DNA from: an uncultured Gemmatimonadales bacterium
GTDB lineage: Bacteria; Gemmatimonadota; Gemmatimonadetes; Longimicrobiales; Gaopeijiaceae
Assembly: GCA_963823035.1 (NCBI GenBank)
Contig: CAWGKG010000018.1
Location: 416,001 to 480,000, forward strand
Length of the DNA stretch: 64,000 nt
Direction of reading: 5' to 3'
The notes beneath the pieces are model-generated. The model ran no database searches, had not been told where the DNA came from, and saw only the letters and a list, made by a program, of their open reading frames with translations. Positions 59,061 through 64,000 of this stretch are shown in pieces; within the stretch, counting starts at the first letter, position 1, and every line of letters begins with the position of its first letter. A program made the position numbers and the translations under genes.

Positions 59061-60625
59061 ATGTACGACCCGCTTCGTGCCAAGGCCAAGGTCGCCCTCT
59101 ACACGGTGATCGCCTTCCTCTTCGGGCTCGGACTGGCCAGCGGCATGGGTTGGACGAGCGCGTCGAACGCGATGCCGGTCGTCGACACCGCGCAGCGTGT
59201 CTCGACCGAGGCGGTGAAGCCGGCCGCCGACCTGAGCGAGGCGTTCGTGAACCTGGCGGAAGCCGTGACCCCAGCGGTGGTGCGCATCGAGTCGCGCCGC
59301 CCGAGCAGCGCCTCGGGCCGGCAGGTCCCGGACGTCTTCCGCCGCTTCTTCGACCTCCCCGAGGGTGGGGAGCAGGAGGGTCCGCCTTCCCAGGGCCAGC
59401 TCGCCGGCGGCAGCGGGTTCATCGTGTCGGAGGACGGCTACATCCTGACGAACAACCACGTGGTCGAAGGCTCGGACCAGATCCGCGTCTTCCTCCCGGA
59501 CCGGCGCTACTTCGACGCCAAGCTGGTGGGCAACGATCCGTTCACCGACGTCGCGGTCATCAAGATCGAGGCGGGGGCGCCCCTGCCCACCATGAGCTTC
59601 GGCAACTCCGACGACGTCAAGGTCGGTGAGTGGGTGCTGGCGATCGGCAACCCGGGCTTCGGGAACTCGACGCAGCTCGACTACACCGTGACCGCGGGCA
59701 TCGTGAGCGCCCGCGGCCGCGGGCCTGCAGCTCCTCCAGCGCGACCTCTCCAGCGATCCCGAGCTACGGGCCCGACCAGGCGGGCTTCGCGATCGAGGAC
59801 TTCATCCAGACGGACGCGGTCATCAACCCGGGCAACTCGGGCGGCCCGATGGTCGACCTGCACGGCCAGGTGGTCGGCATCAACTCGGCGATCGCGTCGT
59901 CCACGGGCTACTACCAGGGCTACGGCTTCGCCATCCCGGTGAACCTGGCGCGGCGCGTCATGCAGGACCTGATCGAGTTCGGCGTCGTGAAGCGGCCGCT
60001 CATCGGCGTCACGATCCAGGACGTCAGCGCAGAGGACGCCGAGATCTACGACCTGCCGAAGGTGTCCGGCGTGCTCGTCCAGGACGTGCGCGACGACGGG
60101 CCGGCGGTCGGGAAGCTCAAGCCCGAGGACGTGATCGTCGAGGTGGAAGGCGACCCGGTGGGCTACGTCGCCGAGTTGCAGGCGAAGATCGCCGAGCACC
60201 ACCCCGGTGACCGCGTGACGCTGAAGGTCTACCGCGACGGCAAGCCGATGGACTTCACCCTGACGCTGCAGGAAGCGCCCATCACGGAGCGCCCGGCGCA
60301 GACCGCGGAGCGCACCGTGCACGCCGAGGAGCGGCTCGGGATCAACGTCGAGACGCTGGACACGGAGCTGGCGGACCGGCTCGGCTACGAAAAGGCCGGC
60401 GGCGTCGTCATCAGCGATGTGGCCCAGGGCAGCCCGGCCGCCCGGCGGGGCCTGGCCGGGTCGCGGTGGTACAAGCTCGTGCAGATCAACGACGTGTCGA
60501 TCGACACCCCCGACGACGTCCGCTCCGCGCTGAGCGGCGTCGGCGGCGGCGAGATCGTGTCGCTGCATCTCGAGGACCCGACCGGCCAGGGCCGGGTGGT
60601 GAACGTGCGTATGCCCCAGAAGTGA
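59061..60625 (+). CDS. degP: DegP/HtrA serine protease with two PDZ domains; frameshift near 59722
   Basis: GSGFIV, TNNHVV, DVAVIK, IQTDAVINPGNSGGP. Confidence 0.93.
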
Positions 60626-60766
60626 CGCGGGCGATCGGCATCGCCGATCGAGCCAGGGGGCGCCGGCACGAAGCTGACGGCGCCCCTTGTCGTGGGCGCT
60701 TCGTCCGGGACACGGCGTTGTATGGCCTCGGGAACGGGTTTTATCTTTCCCGGGGCGCGGAACCCG

Positions 60767-60849
60767 GCGAGAGTGGCGGAACTGGTAGACGCGCGAGATT
60801 TAGGATCTCGTGGCCCTTGGCCGTGGGGGTTCGAGTCCCCCCTTTCGCA
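60767..60849 (+). tRNA. tRNA-Leu (anticodon TAG); CCA not encoded
   Basis: GCGAGAG/CTTTCGC acceptor, GGCGGAACTGGTAGACGC D-arm, CGAGA-TTTAGGA-TCTCG, long variable arm, GGTTCGAGTCC. Confidence 0.95.
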
Positions 60850-60915
60850 TTCGGCGCACGACGCCCTATCGCCGCTCCCCTCACCCCTCCCAACTCCGAG
60901 GCCAGAGAAGAGGGC

Positions 60916-62190
60916 ATGACCATCGACGCATCACGTCTCCAGATCTCCGTGCAGGAAGAGGAGCGCTGGCGGCGTCGCCTCAGCGTGACCGTACCCGCCG
61001 CGCTGGTGGCCGAAGAAGAGAAGAAGGCGGCCGCCAAGCTCGCCTCGCGCGTGAAGATGAAGGGCTTCCGCAAGGGACACGTCCCCAAGCAGATGGTCGC
61101 GTCCCGCTTCGGTGGCGCGCTGCGCCAGGAGGCCCTGGACCGGCTCATCAACGAGGCGTACCGGCACGCGCTGGCCGCGGAGGACCTGCGCCCCATCAGC
61201 GATGGTGAGCTCGAGGACATGTCCTACGAGCCGCAACAGGATCTGTCGTTCTCGATCGCCTTCGACGTCCAGCCGCAGATCGAGCTGGGCCGGTTGGGGG
61301 GCTTCGTGGTGGAGCGTCCACGGGCGGAGATCACGGACGACCACGTGGCCGAGATCCTGGGCAACATCCGTGAGCAGAACGGGGCCTGGAAGCCGGTCGA
61401 GGACGGGACGCCGGAGAACCGCGACCTGGTGGCCGTTCAGATCCGCCGGCTCGACGGCGACCCCCCGGACGCCGAGGGGAAGGACTACGAGTTCATCCTC
61501 GGCGAGGGCCAGGCCATCCCGGAGATCGAGGACGCCATCCGCACACTCGGGCCGGGCGACGTGGGGGAGTTCAAGGTCACCTTCCCCGAGGACTTCCCCG
61601 ACCAGAAGCGGCGGGGCGTCCAGGAGCACATCGAGGTGCGGCTCGTGGGCCGCAAGGTGCTCGAGCTCCCGGAGCTGGACGACGCGCTGGCCCGGCAGGT
61701 GGGCGACTTCGAGACGCTCGACGCGCTCAAGGCGCGCATCCGCGAGGACCTGGAGCGCGACGCTTCCGAGCAGGTCGAGGGGGCCATCCGTGGGCGGCTA
61801 CTCGACTTCCTCCTCGAGGCGAACCCGTTCGAGGTGCCGCGATCGATGGTCGAACGGTACGCGGAGGGCGTGCTCGGCGAGCAGTCGAAGATCCCCCCGG
61901 AGCGGCTCGAGGAGATCAAGGAGAGCGTCCGGCCGGAGGCCGAGCGCGCGGTGAAGCGCCTCCTTCTCATCGACCGCGTCGCTCACATCCGGGACCTGCA
62001 CGCCACCGAGGAGGAGCTGGACAAGCGCATCGAGGAGATCGCCGAGAAGAACCAGACCGCTCCGGAGAAGGTCTACGCCAGCCTGCAGAAGTCCGGGCGG
62101 CTGGAGGCGCTGGAGCGCGAGCTCACGGAGCGGAAGGTGTTCGAGTTCCTGAAGGGACAGTCAGAGATCACGGAGGCGCCGGCCGCCTGA
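60916..62190 (+). CDS. tig: Trigger factor
   Basis: GFRKGHVP ribosome-binding motif, FKBP-like domain (FPEDF), LPELDD. Confidence 0.95.
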   Translation: MTIDASRLQISVQEEERWRRRLSVTVPAALVAEEEKKAAAKLASRVKMKGFRKGHVPKQMVASRFGGALRQEALDRLINEAYRHALAAEDLRPISDGELEDMSYEPQQDLSFSIAFDVQPQIELGRLGGFVVERPRAEITDDHVAEILGNIREQNGAWKPVEDGTPENRDLVAVQIRRLDGDPPDAEGKDYEFILGEGQAIPEIEDAIRTLGPGDVGEFKVTFPEDFPDQKRRGVQEHIEVRLVGRKVLELPELDDALARQVGDFETLDALKARIREDLERDASEQVEGAIRGRLLDFLLEANPFEVPRSMVERYAEGVLGEQSKIPPERLEEIKESVRPEAERAVKRLLLIDRVAHIRDLHATEEELDKRIEEIAEKNQTAPEKVYASLQKSGRLEALERELTERKVFEFLKGQSEITEAPAA

Positions 62191-62217
62191 GGCGCCCGGC
62201 CCGACCCAAGCAGATCC

Positions 62218-62841
62218 ATGCCAATCTACCCACCGTACGTCATCGAGCGGACGAGCCGCGGCGAGCGCAGCTACGACATCTTCAGTCGGCTGCTGATGGA
62301 CCGCATCGTCTTCCTCGGCAGCCCCATCGACGACAACGTCGCGAACATCATCGTCGCGCAGCTCCTCTTCCTCGACGCCGAGGACCCCGAGCGCGACATC
62401 TTCATGTACATCAACTCGCCGGGCGGGGGCGTCTACGCCGGCCTGGCGATCTACGACACGATGCAGCACCTGCGCGCCCCGGTGTCCACGTTCTGCATCG
62501 GGATGTGCGCGTCGATGGGTGCCGTCCTGCTGGCGGCCGGCGAGAAGGGCAAGCGCAACGCGCTCCCCAACTCCCGGATCATGATCCATCAGCCGTCCGG
62601 CGGCTCGCAGGGAACGGCGGCGGACATCGAGATCGCCGCCCGGGAGGTCCTGTTCACCCGCGAGAAGCTCAACTCGATCCTGGCGAAGCACACCGGCCAA
62701 TCGACCGAGCAGATCTCCGAGGACGTGGACCGCGATCGCTTCATGAGCCCGCATGAATCGGTGGAATACGGGCTGATTGACCACGTTCTCGAGGGTCCGG
62801 CGCGCGCCGCGGCGAAACCGCAGGATGCGGACAAGGCGTGA
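62218..62841 (+). CDS. clpP: Clp protease proteolytic subunit
   Basis: [32 protein letters not shown]. Confidence 0.98.
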   Translation: MPIYPPYVIERTSRGERSYDIFSRLLMDRIVFLGSPIDDNVANIIVAQLLFLDAEDPERDIFMYINSPGGGVYAGLAIYDTMQHLRAPVSTFCIGMCASMGAVLLAAGEKGKRNALPNSRIMIHQPSGGSQGTAADIEIAAREVLFTREKLNSILAKHTGQSTEQISEDVDRDRFMSPHESVEYGLIDHVLEGPARAAAKPQDADKA

Positions 62842-62947
62842 TCGATACGAAAAGAGTTCCGTCCGGGCGCCAGAAGGGCGAAACTGGATGTAGGGCCGTG
62901 CCGCATGGCGACGGCCGCTCGAGCCGCTGGAGGAGCGAGGATCACCC

Positions 62948-64000
62948 ATGACCAGTGACAAACACCTTCGCTGCAGCTTCTGCGGGAAGTCCAAGGAGAG
63001 CGTCAAGAAGTTCATCTCCGGACCGAACGTGTACATCTGCAACGAGTGCATCTCGCTGTGCAACGAGATCCTCGCCGAGGAAGAGGAGCGCGAAGCCCAG
63101 GACGCGGTCGTACCCAGCCCGACCCCCGAGGAGATCAAGGACACCCTCGACCAGTACGTCATCGGGCAGGAAACGGCGAAGCGGGCGATGGCCGTCGCCG
63201 TCTACAACCACTACAAGCGGGTGAACCACCAGGGCGTGCTGGACGAGGTGGAGATCGACAAGGCCAACATCATGCTCGTCGGCCCCACCGGCGTCGGGAA
63301 GACGCTCCTCGCGCAGACGCTGGCACGCACGCTCCACGTTCCCTTCACGATCGCCGACGCCACCACGCTCACCGAGGCGGGCTACGTCGGTGAGGACGTC
63401 GAGAACATCCTCGTCCGGCTGCTGCAGGCCGCCGACTTCAACATCGCGGAATGCGAGCGGGGCATCGTCTACATCGACGAGATCGACAAGATCGCCCGCA
63501 AGTCGGAGAACCCTTCGATCACCCGCGACGTGTCGGGCGAGGGCGTGCAGCAGGCGCTTCTCAAGATCCTCGAAGGAACGATCGCGAGCGTCCCGCCCCA
63601 GGGCGGCCGCAAGCACCCGCAGCAGGAGTACATCCAGATCAACACCCGCAACATCCTCTTCATCTGCGGGGGTGCGTTCGACGGGCTGGAGAAGATCGTC
63701 GAGGGACGGATCGGCAAGCGACGGATCGGCTTCGGCGGGGACGACACCACGGCGGACCGGAGCGGGAACATCCTGCGCCACGTGGAGCCCGAGGACCTGC
63801 AGCGCTTCGGCCTGATTCCGGAGTTGGTCGGCCGCCTCCCGGTGACCGTCCACCTCGACTACCTCGACGAGGACGCGCTGACGCGGATCCTCGAGGAGCC
63901 GAAGAACGCGCTGGTCAAGCAGTACAAGAAGATGTTCGAGCTGGAGGGCATCGGGCTCACCTTCGACCGCGAGGCCATCAAGGCCATCGCCAGGAAGACG
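62948..64000 (+). CDS. clpX: Clp protease ATP-binding subunit (3' truncated by window edge)
   Basis: Own translation: [14 protein letters not shown]...[37 protein letters not shown] loop. Confidence 0.97.
   Translation, partial: MTSDKHLRCSFCGKSKESVKKFISGPNVYICNECISLCNEILAEEEEREAQDAVVPSPTPEEIKDTLDQYVIGQETAKRAMAVAVYNHYKRVNHQGVLDEVEIDKANIMLVGPTGVGKTLLAQTLARTLHVPFTIADATTLTEAGYVGEDVENILVRLLQAADFNIAECERGIVYIDEIDKIARKSENPSITRDVSGEGVQQALLKILEGTIASVPPQGGRKHPQQEYIQINTRNILFICGGAFDGLEKIVEGRIGKRRIGFGGDDTTADRSGNILRHVEPEDLQRFGLIPELVGRLPVTVHLDYLDEDALTRILEEPKNALVKQYKKMFELEGIGLTFDREAIKAIARKT

Noticed and set aside
60767..60915. tRNA-Leu as an integration site for an island
   Set aside because: No integrase or duplicated tRNA 3' end seen; tRNA-Leu-tig-clpP-clpX is an ordinary arrangement

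Overview
High-GC bacterial chromosomal window. Gene content and protein style suggest Gemmatimonadota, possibly Longimicrobiales (inference, not a database result). Most of it is housekeeping: perR-like regulator, dacB, moeA, etfBA, mpg, aroB, folK, PBP1A, pdp, ruvX-mltG-thiE, a 23S-5S rRNA unit, a complete F1Fo atp operon, pilD, thiD, nupC-punA, dnaK, degP and tRNA-Leu-tig-clpP-clpX. No integrase, transposase or CRISPR array was seen. About 20 single-base frameshifts, including in genes such as atpE, look like long-read consensus errors. The stand-out locus is 6.5-9.4 kb. A 79-aa lipoprotein-type propeptide ends in six exact VQPGTGN repeats with only synonymous DNA variation. It lies tail-to-tail with a cytoplasmic GAF-like/TPR protein and divergent from an AraC regulator with a receiver-like domain, across a palindromic spacer. 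This layout resembles Rap-Phr/RRNPP peptide signalling, but in a diderm lineage. Other notable items: a 23S-5S unit with its own promoter and no 16S; overlapping opposite-strand sigma54-like promoters between rhomboid and dnaK; a DtxR/MntR-type box at perR; a Rex-like box on the atp operon; a NYN-LOTUS-LOTUS-HhH protein; and a gamma-carbonic-anhydrase/zinc-finger fusion.
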